64,000 nucleotides of DNA, from the NCBI GenBank assembly GCA_040389185.1, contig JAZKAJ010000011.1:1033-65032 (forward strand), written 5' to 3'. This document shows, one piece after another, positions 18,542 to 27,375 of this stretch; positions within the stretch are counted from its first letter, which is position 1, and each line of letters begins with the position of its first letter. Below the pieces are notes generated by a model that was not told where the DNA came from, did not search any database, and saw only the letters and a program-made list of their open reading frames with translations. The stretch comes from Patescibacteria group bacterium. Lineage in GTDB: Bacteria > Patescibacteriota > Minisyncoccia > Phycocordibacterales > CAIRYW01. The position numbers were made by a program, and so were the translations under genes.

Positions 18542-19879
18542 GTGTCATTCATTGAGTATATGAGTAGCGCAACAAATGCACCATTAGGAACAACAGCTAA
18601 AATAGTAATACCTGTAAAGGTGAAATACTGTCTTTACGCTAGAAAAAGCACAGAATCGGAAGAAGCTCAGATTCTTTCGATTGATAGCCAAATAAGGGAA
18701 ATGCAACAAATGGCAGACAGGGAGTGTTTGGAGATAGTTGAAATAAAGAGAGAATCACACTCCGCCAAAGAAGCAGGACAACGACCTGTGTTTAATGAGA
18801 TTGTAGAAGAAATTAAACTTGGAAAATTTAATGGAATTCTGACTTGGGCGGCAGATAGAATAAGTCGTAATGCGGGGGATCTTGGAAGAATTGTAGATCT
18901 AATGGATGCTGAGAAGCTTCATGATATTAGAACCTATAGCCAAAGATTCACCAACAATCCCAATGAGAAATTTCTTCTTATGATTCTTGGCTCACAAGCA
19001 AAGCTTGAGAATGACAATAAGGTGTTGAATGTAAAAAGAGGACTTAAAGCACGGTGTGAGATGGGACTCTGGCCTTGTGTACCGCCGACTGGATATTTAA
19101 GAAACAAGAATGTTGATAATAAATGTTTACCTGAAATAGATTCATATAGAGGAGCAATAATTAAGAAATGTTTTGAAAAAATAGCTTATGAAAAATGGTC
19201 AGGTAGAAAAGTATATAAATGGTTAAGAGACGAAGTAAACTTTAAAACAAAGACAGGTAAAATATATACTTTGAGCAATCTATATCTTACGTTACGGAAT
19301 CACTTCTATTACGGCACTTTTGAATATCCAAAAGACAGCGGTCATTGGTATACAGGTAAACATACACCCCTCATAACCAAAGAGTTGTTTGATAAGGTAC
19401 AGGAAGGAATAAGTAATTACAATGATCGAAACGAACACAAGGAATTCGCTTTTACAAAGATAATGTCTTGCGGACTGTGTGGATCTGGGATTACTGCTGA
19501 TGAGAAATTTAAGAAACTGGCGAATGGCAGTGTTCAGAGATATGTGTATTATGGTTGCACAAGATTTAATGATCGTGATTGTAAATCAGGATGGATCAAT
19601 GAAGTTGATCTTATAGAACAATTAGCTAATCTAATGGGCAATATTGATCTCGATGAAATTGGCATGAAGGAAAAGATAAAAGAAGAAATAGAACGACATA
19701 AGAAGTTTAGTTTGGGGCTACTAGGCGAAAAAGCTAAAGTAATTAAGACAACTGATATTGATATTCGAAATTATGCCAAATATGTTCTCCGCGACGGTGC
19801 CTCATGGGAGAAAAGAGAGTTATTGGGATGCTTAAGAAGTAAGATTTCCCTAAATGCAAAAAAGATAGAGATTCACTAA
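18542..19879 (+). CDS. large serine recombinase (resolvase catalytic domain plus recombinase domain plus zinc ribbon)
   Basis: Catalytic-serine motif CLYARKSTESEE; GDLGRIVDLMD and LLMILGSQAKLENDN regions; C-terminal Cys cluster CGLCGSG...YYGC. The true start is probably the ATG at 18560. Confidence 0.85.
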   Translation: MSFIEYMSSATNAPLGTTAKIVIPVKVKYCLYARKSTESEEAQILSIDSQIREMQQMADRECLEIVEIKRESHSAKEAGQRPVFNEIVEEIKLGKFNGILTWAADRISRNAGDLGRIVDLMDAEKLHDIRTYSQRFTNNPNEKFLLMILGSQAKLENDNKVLNVKRGLKARCEMGLWPCVPPTGYLRNKNVDNKCLPEIDSYRGAIIKKCFEKIAYEKWSGRKVYKWLRDEVNFKTKTGKIYTLSNLYLTLRNHFYYGTFEYPKDSGHWYTGKHTPLITKELFDKVQEGISNYNDRNEHKEFAFTKIMSCGLCGSGITADEKFKKLANGSVQRYVYYGCTRFNDRDCKSGWINEVDLIEQLANLMGNIDLDEIGMKEKIKEEIERHKKFSLGLLGEKAKVIKTTDIDIRNYAKYVLRDGASWEKRELLGCLRSKISLNAKKIEIH

Positions 19880-19888
19880 GCCGGTAAG

Positions 19889-20128
19889 CTATTCCATTGC
19901 ATTCTTTTTGATTCTATACCATTCTCTTACATCAAGTTGTAAATAATCTTTACAGTCCAAAAGAATTTTAGATAACTCTTTATGTCTATACATATCTTCT
20001 AGCGGTGGCGCTGGTCGAATATCTCGTCGAATATTGGAATCCCTATCATAAACTTGAAACGCATAATTTATTGTGGTATCAATTTTTTTATACTCTTCAT
20101 AAAGCTTTAAGTATTCTTTTTCTTCCAT
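19889..20128 (-). CDS. hypothetical small protein (third gene of the nuclease operon)
   Basis: 79 aa; 17-nt gap from the upstream gene on the same strand. Confidence 0.4.
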   Translation of the reverse strand: MEEKEYLKLYEEYKKIDTTINYAFQVYDRDSNIRRDIRPAPPLEDMYRHKELSKILLDCKDYLQLDVREWYRIKKNAME

Positions 20129-20145
20129 GCAATTTATGTTATTGA

Positions 20146-20463
20146 TTATTTAATCGAATAAGCGAACTGAAGCATGCCGTTTGTTTGCGGATAAAAATCA
20201 AATAAAGTCTCAAAATTATCTTGATTTTCAGATGTCTGGAATTTGACATACTTTAAATTGGTCTTTTCTTCAAACCACTTTTTTAAAACTTCATCAACCT
20301 TTATATCTTTTGTTTGCTTCTTGAAGAGTCTGGATAGAAATACTATGTCAGCACAAACAATAATTTTACATAAAATACTACCATTATCGTCTTCAATAAA
20401 ACTCCTTTGCCAAAAAACATCAGCATGCCAATCCTCTTTAATATTTCCTAGAATTAATTTCAC
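20146..20463 (-). CDS. hypothetical small protein (second gene of the nuclease operon)
   Basis: 105 aa; its start overlaps the upstream gene's stop by 4 nt (ATGA), implying translational coupling. Confidence 0.4.
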   Translation of the reverse strand: MKLILGNIKEDWHADVFWQRSFIEDDNGSILCKIIVCADIVFLSRLFKKQTKDIKVDEVLKKWFEEKTNLKYVKFQTSENQDNFETLFDFYPQTNGMLQFAYSIK

Positions 20464-21683
20464 AGTTTTGATCTTAAATTTTTAAGGTTTTCGAGTAATT
20501 CATCATAGAGAATGAAGTTTATATTTTTCAATGATGATCCAAGCTTCCTGAAATCAGCTGACTCTTTTTTATTTTTGAACTGCTTGCTTGTACCAGCAAT
20601 AATATATCCTCGCGGTCTTACCACCTGTATATCAATACCTTTTTTATTTTTTACAGCACGAATATATGCGTCAGAATTATGAACGATCTCATCAGTGTAA
20701 TTTTCTATTTGAGCAATAGCCATTGAAACATCCGGCTTCCAATAATAATTATCATGATCTTTATCAAAACTAAGCAATGAAACATCATGTTTCTTTATTT
20801 CAAAAACATCAACAAATCCATATACATCCACTAATACGAAGTCGGGGTAGCTAACACTAATACTTACATTTTGTTTTTCAATTGCAGTGACATAATTGGC
20901 CATAAATCGAAACACCTTTTCACTAAGAAATTTTTGCCAATCATTTTCGGAAATGCTTTTTTTAGCCAAATTTGCCTCAAACTCTTTAATAACTTCATCA
21001 AGATAAATTCTATCTGTAGTAGTTTTAGCGCTTTTAATTAGTGTAGCGCGCCCATTTTTTATTCCTCGTTTTTTACCTTTAAGAGAACCTTCAAATATTT
21101 TCGGGAAGAAGTTATTAAGCGACTCAAGATCCTCCTCATTTAGCCTTTGAGCTACTTTCTTACGTCGTAAGAGAGCAGCAATCTCACCTGCCTTATACTC
21201 ATCAAAATCGTCAGTAGAAATCTTTATGTCTTTTGGAAACTTAGTACTTAAAAAAGATGCTACAGCACTTCGTAACTCATTATTACTGTCTTCGTTAATA
21301 CGACCAAGTTTAATAAGAAGATTTTTTATGTCTAAAAGCGGCAGAACAACAGAAACCTTATGCTTTCCTTTATGAACCTTCTTTGTCTTCTTGGAAACAA
21401 TAAGTTCAAGAACTTTGGATCCCGCTAAATGCTCCTTCAGAGCAGTAAGGAGGAAAATTCCTTTTTTTCCAAAACCATAACCTTTTTTATTAAGATAAAG
21501 TCCTGAAGGAAGACCTTGATAACCTTCGAGAGTAATACTTGATACTTGTTTTGATTTTGCAGGTTGTAAATAGTAGATGGTCTTATCTGATTTAGGATAT
21601 ACCTCATATACACAAAAGTCAGGTTTATCAGACGCATAATGACGTTCTGGAATTTCAATCTTTTTATCTTTTTTTGCAACCAT
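20460..21683 (-). CDS. PD-(D/E)xK nuclease-domain protein, Shedu (DUF4263)-like or RecB/Cas4-like C-terminal domain, lysine-rich N-terminal region
   Basis: 407 aa. The C-terminal region shows the ordered motifs YPDFVLVD, then DVFEIKK ((D/E)xK), then AIAQIENY (QxxxY), as in RecB-family and Shedu-type nucleases. The N-terminal 280 aa are K-rich with no recognised domain. The Shedu assignment is made from motifs only. Confidence 0.5.
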   Translation of the reverse strand: MVAKKDKKIEIPERHYASDKPDFCVYEVYPKSDKTIYYLQPAKSKQVSSITLEGYQGLPSGLYLNKKGYGFGKKGIFLLTALKEHLAGSKVLELIVSKKTKKVHKGKHKVSVVLPLLDIKNLLIKLGRINEDSNNELRSAVASFLSTKFPKDIKISTDDFDEYKAGEIAALLRRKKVAQRLNEEDLESLNNFFPKIFEGSLKGKKRGIKNGRATLIKSAKTTTDRIYLDEVIKEFEANLAKKSISENDWQKFLSEKVFRFMANYVTAIEKQNVSISVSYPDFVLVDVYGFVDVFEIKKHDVSLLSFDKDHDNYYWKPDVSMAIAQIENYTDEIVHNSDAYIRAVKNKKGIDIQVVRPRGYIIAGTSKQFKNKKESADFRKLGSSLKNINFILYDELLENLKNLRSKL

Positions 21684-21790
21684 ATATAAGCTACTTTATA
21701 CCATAAAAATAGCCCAATTTCATTGGTTAAAATAACTTAAACTATAGACTATGTTGGACTTGACCCAACTTAGTAGGTCTCACATGTGGG

Positions 21791-21863
21791 TGCGTCCAGT
21801 TGGAATCGAACCAACGACCGTCTCCTTAAAAGGGAGCTGCTCTACCGACTGAGCTATGGACGC
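21791..21863 (-). tRNA. tRNA-Lys (anticodon UUU)
   Basis: Cloverleaf: acceptor GCGTCCA/TGGACGC; D-arm GCTC-AGTCGGTA-GAGC; anticodon loop CTTTTAA; T-arm GTTGG-TTCGATT-CCAAC. CCA is not encoded. Confidence 0.85.
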
Positions 21864-21924
21864 AATACGTGAAAATATATCAGAAAATCAGAAAAAGTCC
21901 ACTTTCACGAGTGAGTAGTTCTTA

Positions 21925-22347
21925 TTAAATCATCAAGTCTATGGCATAATATCCCGCTCCAGAGATGAAGAGGGAAAGCATTATTGCAGCGAGGAGTACA
22001 TAGACATTCAAATCTCTTTCGATTGTTGATGTTCCACTCCTTTGTATCAGTAATCCTACAATACAAATGATGAAAAAAATGAGTGCTACGAGTTGAGTCA
22101 TAAATCCCATAAGGAGCATTATTCCTCCCAAGAGTTCTGCGATAGTGATGACGTACGCATAGAATTCATAGGGTTTAAAATGAATTTCTCGAAAGAAAAT
22201 GAGTTTGTTTTGCCACTCGGAAGTCATACCTCTGTAGCCGAAATAAATGAAATATGCCCCACCAACAATTCGGAGGATAAATGGAACGATAAGGCTCCAA
22301 CTAAGGAGATATGGAAATATGCTTTGCATACACATATTATACAACAA
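21925..22347 (-). CDS. DoxX-family membrane protein
   Basis: 140 aa, four TM helices; RIVGGAYFIYFGYRGM and ELLGGIMLLMG motifs are typical of DoxX. Confidence 0.55.
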   Translation of the reverse strand: MLYNMCMQSIFPYLLSWSLIVPFILRIVGGAYFIYFGYRGMTSEWQNKLIFFREIHFKPYEFYAYVITIAELLGGIMLLMGFMTQLVALIFFIICIVGLLIQRSGTSTIERDLNVYVLLAAIMLSLFISGAGYYAIDLMI

Positions 22348-22447
22348 CTAAGATAAATCTGGCTACAAGGTCTTAATAGACCTTCCAGACCCTCCTGGTG
22401 TATGATTACTTTATTAGGACTAATTATTATTTCACTCATTAATTATT

Positions 22448-22927
22448 ATGAACAATGCAGAACATTTAGCGGAATTATTGGAATCTTTAAAGAAGACTAC
22501 AGGTATTATCAGTACGCTTGCCGAAAAGGGGGGGATTGATTCTGCTGTTGTTTATTTCACAGTTGATAAGAATTTGAATTTGTATTTCTTTACACGAGCA
22601 AACAGTGCGAAAAGTAAAAATATAATGCAAAACAGTCTCATCTCATTCGTGACATATTCAGAGGAATTGATGCAGACATTCCAGCTTCGAGGTGACGCAT
22701 CAGCTATTGAAGATCCTTCTGAACAAGCTGTTGCATTCGAGGCACTGTTGAAAATAGCTAACAAGCAAAGTAATGGAAATCCTCCAATTGCGCAGATGAT
22801 GCAAAGTGAGATAACGGTTTTCAAAGTTATTCCACTTTGGGCACGATTCAGTAATTTCGGGGTATCAAATGATTCAAACAAGATTGAAGAATTGAAAGTT
22901 GCCGAATTCCTAGGAGAACAGCTCTAG
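22448..22927 (+). CDS. pyridoxamine 5'-phosphate oxidase-like FMN-binding protein (general stress protein 26 family)
   Basis: 159 aa; VVYFTVDKN...LYFFTRANSAKSKNI pattern of the split-barrel PNPOx-like fold. Confidence 0.5.
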   Translation: MNNAEHLAELLESLKKTTGIISTLAEKGGIDSAVVYFTVDKNLNLYFFTRANSAKSKNIMQNSLISFVTYSEELMQTFQLRGDASAIEDPSEQAVAFEALLKIANKQSNGNPPIAQMMQSEITVFKVIPLWARFSNFGVSNDSNKIEELKVAEFLGEQL

Positions 22928-22931
22928 AACC

Positions 22932-23408
22932 ATGAAGGCTCGCAAGGTAATTATTATTTTGGATAATATCAGAAGCAACCATAATGTAGGCTCTATTTTC
23001 CGTACCGCAGATGCTCTCGGTGTATCCAAAATTTATCTTTGTGGGACAACACCGAAACCAATAGATAGGTTTGAAAGACCTGTAGGGGAAATAGCCAAGA
23101 CTGCGCTCGGAGCGGAGAAGAGTATTTCTTGGGAGTATGCAAAAACTACTCTGGGTGTAATAAAAAGATTGAAAAAGAATGGAACAGAGATTATTGCGAT
23201 TGAGCAATTTGATAATTCAGTCGATTATAAAAAAGTAAAACCAAAAGAAGATGTTGCATTCGTACTCGGCAATGAAGTAGACGGAGTAAACAAAAACATT
23301 TTAAAACTTTGTGATGTTGTGGCAGAGATTCCAATGAAAGGAGGGAAGGAGTCTTTGAATGTTGCTGTCGCATGTGGTACTGCATTATTTCGCATACTAA
23401 ATTATTAA
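22932..23408 (+). CDS. SpoU/TrmH-family RNA 2'-O-methyltransferase
   Basis: VIIILDNIRSNHNVGSIFRTADALG, then FVLGNEVDGV and ESLNVAVACG (SPOUT knot motifs). Confidence 0.75.
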   Translation: MKARKVIIILDNIRSNHNVGSIFRTADALGVSKIYLCGTTPKPIDRFERPVGEIAKTALGAEKSISWEYAKTTLGVIKRLKKNGTEIIAIEQFDNSVDYKKVKPKEDVAFVLGNEVDGVNKNILKLCDVVAEIPMKGGKESLNVAVACGTALFRILNY

Positions 23409-23451
23409 AAATAAATAACAATCTCACGATCGTGAGATTGTTATTTATTTT
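23408..23451. terminator. 44-bp perfect palindrome (bidirectional terminator-like), copy 1
   Basis: aaaataaataacaatctcac-gatc-gtgagattgttatttatttt; near-identical second copy at 23954-23995. Confidence 0.6.
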
Positions 23452-23472
23452 GATCAGTATATAATTTATATT

Positions 23473-23958
23473 ATGTCACTCATACTTGATATATTGGAGG
23501 AGTTGTCGAATGTGGAAATACGTTACAAAGGAGGTGTTGGGATCAATCTTTTTGGTATGCCGAGATTCGAGTCTCAAAATAAACAGTCTTTGAAATCTAG
23601 TTTTTATAGATTAAGTCGGGGTGGTTATATTGAAAAAGAGGCTAGCGGATGGAGGTTAACGGAAACCGGTAAAAAATATTTAAAATCTGACCATTCAAAC
23701 TATAAGACTTTTTCATCACCTTTTAAAAAAGAAAGTCCTAAAAATCTTATTGTAATATTCGATATACCAGAAGAGCGCAGGTCAGAAAGAGACTGGTTTA
23801 GAAGTCATCTAAGAAGATTTGATTATTTGATGATTCAAAGGAGTGTGTGGGTAGGGCCCTCTCCGTTGCCGAAGGAATTTCAGGACTATCTTAAGAAGTT
23901 AAAATTAAAATCCTGCTTAAAGACCTTTAAACTTTCTAAAAGTTATAAGGCTAAATAA
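23473..23958 (+). CDS. winged-helix domain protein with a C-terminal Cas2-like motif
   Basis: 161 aa. N-terminal wHTH-like region (YRLSRGGYIEKEASGWRLTETGKKYL). C-terminal LIVIFDIPEERRSERDWFRSHLRRFDYLMIQRSVWVG resembles the Cas2/PaaX-C core (beta1 xDIP...RR...L...G..RIQ.SVW). Confidence 0.35.
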   Translation: MSLILDILEELSNVEIRYKGGVGINLFGMPRFESQNKQSLKSSFYRLSRGGYIEKEASGWRLTETGKKYLKSDHSNYKTFSSPFKKESPKNLIVIFDIPEERRSERDWFRSHLRRFDYLMIQRSVWVGPSPLPKEFQDYLKKLKLKSCLKTFKLSKSYKAK

Positions 23959-23995
23959 AATAACAACTTCACGATCGTGAAGTTGTTATTTTATT
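23954..23995. terminator. 42-bp perfect palindrome, copy 2
   Basis: aataaaataacaacttcac-gatc-gtgaagttgttattttatt; same tcacgatcgtga core as copy 1, with arm substitutions that preserve pairing. Confidence 0.6.
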
Positions 23996-23997
23996 CT

Positions 23998-24717
23998 CTA
24001 TTTCTTCATTCCCAGTTCTGTGAGAAACTGCTGAAGCTCACCACCCGTGATTCTTCGAACAGTATTTTCTTTCATTGCTCCGACTTTGATATTCATGATT
24101 CGGACACGGGTTAGATCCTTCACTTGGTTTTTGAGTGCTTCTACCATTCTTCGTACCTGTCGTTTTTTACCTTCAGTAATAACGATACTGAATTTTCTGT
24201 ATCCCAATATTGTCACAAGACAAGGCTTTGTTTTGTAAGTGAGCTTTGAGTATTCTTCTTTGATGACCACTCCTTTTTCGAGGGCTTTGGCGAATGCTTC
24301 GTCGATCTTTGTTTCTGTCTCTACAATGTATTCCTTTTCGTGATTTTCTTCGGGATTCAAGAGTTTGCCTGTGATTCGTCCGTCGTTTGTGAGAATAATA
24401 AGCCCATGCGAATCCTTATCGAGCCGTCCGAGAGGGAAAACCTTTGCTCCTTCAGTCTTTCCTTTAATCATCTTGTTGATATCCATATCATCCCCTTTGG
24501 CAGAGTGAGTAAGAACGTCTCGTGGTTTGTTGTATGCGAAATAGAGGTGTCCAATTTCTTTGGAATCCTTTTTGACCGTGACTTTATCTGTCGGTTTTAC
24601 ATCATCGCCAAGTTGTGCGATTTTGCCATTGATTGATACTCTTTTGGCTTTGATCATCTCGTCTGCTTTACGGCGAGATGCGATATTTTGTTCTGCGAGG
24701 TATTTATTGATTCTCAT
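23998..24717 (-). CDS. rRNA pseudouridine synthase, RsuA/RluB family (S4 domain plus catalytic domain)
   Basis: N-terminal S4 (MRINKYLAEQNIASRRKADEMIKAKRVSING); catalytic-aspartate motif LGRLDKDSHGLIILTNDG. Confidence 0.8.
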   Translation of the reverse strand: MRINKYLAEQNIASRRKADEMIKAKRVSINGKIAQLGDDVKPTDKVTVKKDSKEIGHLYFAYNKPRDVLTHSAKGDDMDINKMIKGKTEGAKVFPLGRLDKDSHGLIILTNDGRITGKLLNPEENHEKEYIVETETKIDEAFAKALEKGVVIKEEYSKLTYKTKPCLVTILGYRKFSIVITEGKKRQVRRMVEALKNQVKDLTRVRIMNIKVGAMKENTVRRITGGELQQFLTELGMKK

Positions 24718-24818
24718 CTGCTTAATCTACACTTTTATTAAGGTTTTGCAAATCAATTTAATAAAAAATGCCCGAGGATGAAAATCCTTGGACATTTTGA
24801 CAATCTTTTTGACCCACT

Positions 24819-25469
24819 TTACTCTTCGCTGTCTTCCGAATGCCTGAGGCCGAAGTGCTTAAGAAAATGGAACAATTCAAGGACTCGCTTTTCAGGTGTA
24901 TCATCACCTGGATGATGTCCTGTCTCGGGATGGTCTGTGAGATTAAGGTGTTTTTTCAAATCGGATGTAGGAGTAGCTGCGAGATCGCTTAGAGTATTCA
25001 CTCCTGCTTTGCAGAAGACTTTTGTCCAGCGAGAACCACAGAGTGAGAGTGGGAGTGCATCGATCGCCGCCTTTTCTTTTGGTCCAGGTTTGACGGTAAG
25101 TCCAAATTGCAGATTAAGATCGTAGATTGCTCTTTGTATTTCAGCGTGGCCGGGTGGACCAACGTTTGAAATGTAGAAATCTTGCGCCTTTCTCACAAGT
25201 TGTCCTAAAAGCAGATAACCATTCATCTTCAGTGCCTTCGCAACACGATTTGAGATGTCGTAAGTGACCACAAAATTGTCGATAGGCATGGCCAACAGAG
25301 CATCCATATCGATTGTTGAAGTAATCGCAATCTCGATATGCATTCCGCGTGCCATTTTCGTTGTGAGCACCACTGTTTCATTTGAACTTATAATCTTCTG
25401 CTGTTTGAGCCATCTCTGGATGAGTGTTTGTAGTTGGCGGCTCTTTTTTGTGAACAGTTCGTGTTTCAT
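24819..25469 (-). CDS. hypothetical protein with two helix-hairpin-helix-like motifs
   Basis: 216 aa; HhH-like segments ISNRVAKALKMNGYLLLGQLV and RWTKVFCKAGVNTLSDL. Confidence 0.3.
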   Translation of the reverse strand: MKHELFTKKSRQLQTLIQRWLKQQKIISSNETVVLTTKMARGMHIEIAITSTIDMDALLAMPIDNFVVTYDISNRVAKALKMNGYLLLGQLVRKAQDFYISNVGPPGHAEIQRAIYDLNLQFGLTVKPGPKEKAAIDALPLSLCGSRWTKVFCKAGVNTLSDLAATPTSDLKKHLNLTDHPETGHHPGDDTPEKRVLELFHFLKHFGLRHSEDSEE

Positions 25470-25581
25470 GGATGTGTTTTCGGTGGGTTGATTGTGAAGG
25501 AGCAGGAGTTTAAATTTTCCTCACTATTTTCAAACCAAAAATAGCATCCAGACTGTAGTAAGTCAAACTATCTAAATTGCT

Positions 25582-26502
25582 TTATTTCTGATGCACATCA
25601 CAAAAGTGTGCACTTCTGCCACCGATCACTTTTCTTTTAATTGTTCCGGTGCACCCACGTTTTTCACATTTTGTTCCTGTTTTTCTATATGCTTTGTGTT
25701 CTGCCTGAAATTTTCCTCGTTCACCTAGGATGTTTCGATAGTCGCTCATTGAATCACCACCAAAATCGATTCCTTTTTTGAGAGTTTCCCTCGTTGCTTC
25801 AAACATTGTTTCGAATTCTTTGTCAGTGATATTTTTTATTAATCTTTCTGGGTGAATACTTGCTCTCCAGAGTATTTCGTCTGAATAGATATTGCCGATA
25901 CCAACAACAATTTTAGGATCGAGAAGCACAGTCTTTATTTTGCCACCCATTCTCTTTTGGAGTCTTTGTTTGAATTCTTCTTTTGTAAACTCTGGGTCAA
26001 GTGGTTCTGGGCCGAGATCTTTCAGATGAAGTGTCTGGCCGATATCTTCTTTTGGAATGTAAGTAACTTTGGCAAACTTTCTCATATCTGAAAGTGCGAG
26101 GTATTTGCCATCAGAGAGCGTAATAATAAATCTGACGTGTCTGTTGAATGGATCTTTGAGTGATTCGGGGGAGACACCTTTCCAGGGATCTTTTTTATCA
26201 GTCTTATCAAACATATATGTGCCGTACATGAGATGCCCTGTCATTTTGAGATGAATAAGAATTATACTTTCATCGTCCAATTCAATCAAAATGTTCTTTG
26301 CTCTTCTTTTGGCGCTTACTATTTTTCTTCCGACAACTTGTTTTTTGAAATAGGTGAAAAACTTTGCATCTTTAATATGATCTTTCCCTGTATGAAATCC
26401 ACTTATATTGCCGTAGTTGGTCCAGGTATCAGAAATAGAGAGACCTTTGAGATAGGTGTTAATTCCGTTTACGGTAGTTTGGACTTCCGGGAGTTCAGGC
26501 AT
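25582..26502 (-). CDS. mutM: formamidopyrimidine-DNA glycosylase / endonuclease VIII family (Fpg/Nei)
   Basis: N-terminal MPELPEV (catalytic Pro2/Glu3); H2TH region; C-terminal zinc finger CEKRGC...CDVHQ. Confidence 0.75.
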   Translation of the reverse strand: MPELPEVQTTVNGINTYLKGLSISDTWTNYGNISGFHTGKDHIKDAKFFTYFKKQVVGRKIVSAKRRAKNILIELDDESIILIHLKMTGHLMYGTYMFDKTDKKDPWKGVSPESLKDPFNRHVRFIITLSDGKYLALSDMRKFAKVTYIPKEDIGQTLHLKDLGPEPLDPEFTKEEFKQRLQKRMGGKIKTVLLDPKIVVGIGNIYSDEILWRASIHPERLIKNITDKEFETMFEATRETLKKGIDFGGDSMSDYRNILGERGKFQAEHKAYRKTGTKCEKRGCTGTIKRKVIGGRSAHFCDVHQK

Positions 26503-26536
26503 TTATCCTAGAAAATTTTAGCTGTTAAAAAAGTTG
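26500..26536 (-). promoter_or_regulatory. conserved 5' leader/promoter block (copy 1) upstream of fpg
   Basis: atcctagaaaattttagctgttaaaaaagttg (32 nt) is identical at 27378-27409 upstream of the NUDIX gene; similarity continues more weakly for about 100 nt further upstream. Confidence 0.5.
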
Positions 26537-26781
26537 ATCAGATTACTATACTTTCTAACTCAATCTTACTTTATACTGTTAATCCTTACATATAATCTTA
26601 CTTTGACCAACTTTTTCTTGTTATGTAATCTTTAGTTGAAAAATATACTATTCAAGCTTTATGTATGAAAATGGCTGTAGATTTTAATAAAAAATTGCCA
26701 GATTGCTTAACGACAGCTAAAATTTTAGAGGATGAAGATAAATCAAAAGTTATAGATCAAAAATCAAAAATAAATTCAAAG

Positions 26782-27375
26782 TCAGATAATGCTGTATTTC
26801 TCTGGGTTTCGGAATATATCAAAGAGGGTTTCGACTTTGTCTTGAATGATGAATTCATCTACGAATGTTGGCTTGTGGAAGAATTTTCTCTGCTTCGCAA
26901 GAGTGATAAGTTCATCAAACGATACTTCTCTTGAGGTTGTTCTTTCTCCAGCATCTAATTTCGGTTTTTTCTGTGCAATCAAGTTTTTTGCTATGAATAC
27001 GTAGACATTAGATTGAACATCTTTTGATTTTTGTTCTGAGTTTACAAGATAAAAATCTTTAAACACCATTCCTGTTTCTTCCTCAAGTTCACGTCGAGCA
27101 GCATCGAATATGTCCTCATCATTATTGATTCCTCCTGCAACAATCGTATCACTGGCTTTCAACCAGTGTGGCTGTTGCTCCTCGAGTATTACTATTTTTT
27201 CATCAATTACTGGGTAAACGATTACGCTATCAAATCTTTTTACGGATTCAAATATTATTACTGAACCATCAAATTGTTTCTGCTCCCATTGATATACAGA
27301 CCATCTGTCTCCTTGGAAGACCTTTTTGGCGTGGTCGGGCAGGGGATGGTGATTGTGAGGCTTTGGTCGGTGCAT
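26782..27375 (-). CDS. NUDIX hydrolase
   Basis: Nudix box GGINNDEDIFDAARRELEEETGM. Confidence 0.75.
   Translation of the reverse strand: MHRPKPHNHHPLPDHAKKVFQGDRWSVYQWEQKQFDGSVIIFESVKRFDSVIVYPVIDEKIVILEEQQPHWLKASDTIVAGGINNDEDIFDAARRELEEETGMVFKDFYLVNSEQKSKDVQSNVYVFIAKNLIAQKKPKLDAGERTTSREVSFDELITLAKQRKFFHKPTFVDEFIIQDKVETLFDIFRNPEKYSII

Noticed and set aside
26665-26934. 89-aa + ORF overlapping the 3' end of the NUDIX gene
   Set aside because: It overlaps a confidently assigned gene on the opposite strand, is AT-rich and low-complexity, and lies partly in the shared-leader region; it is probably not coding.
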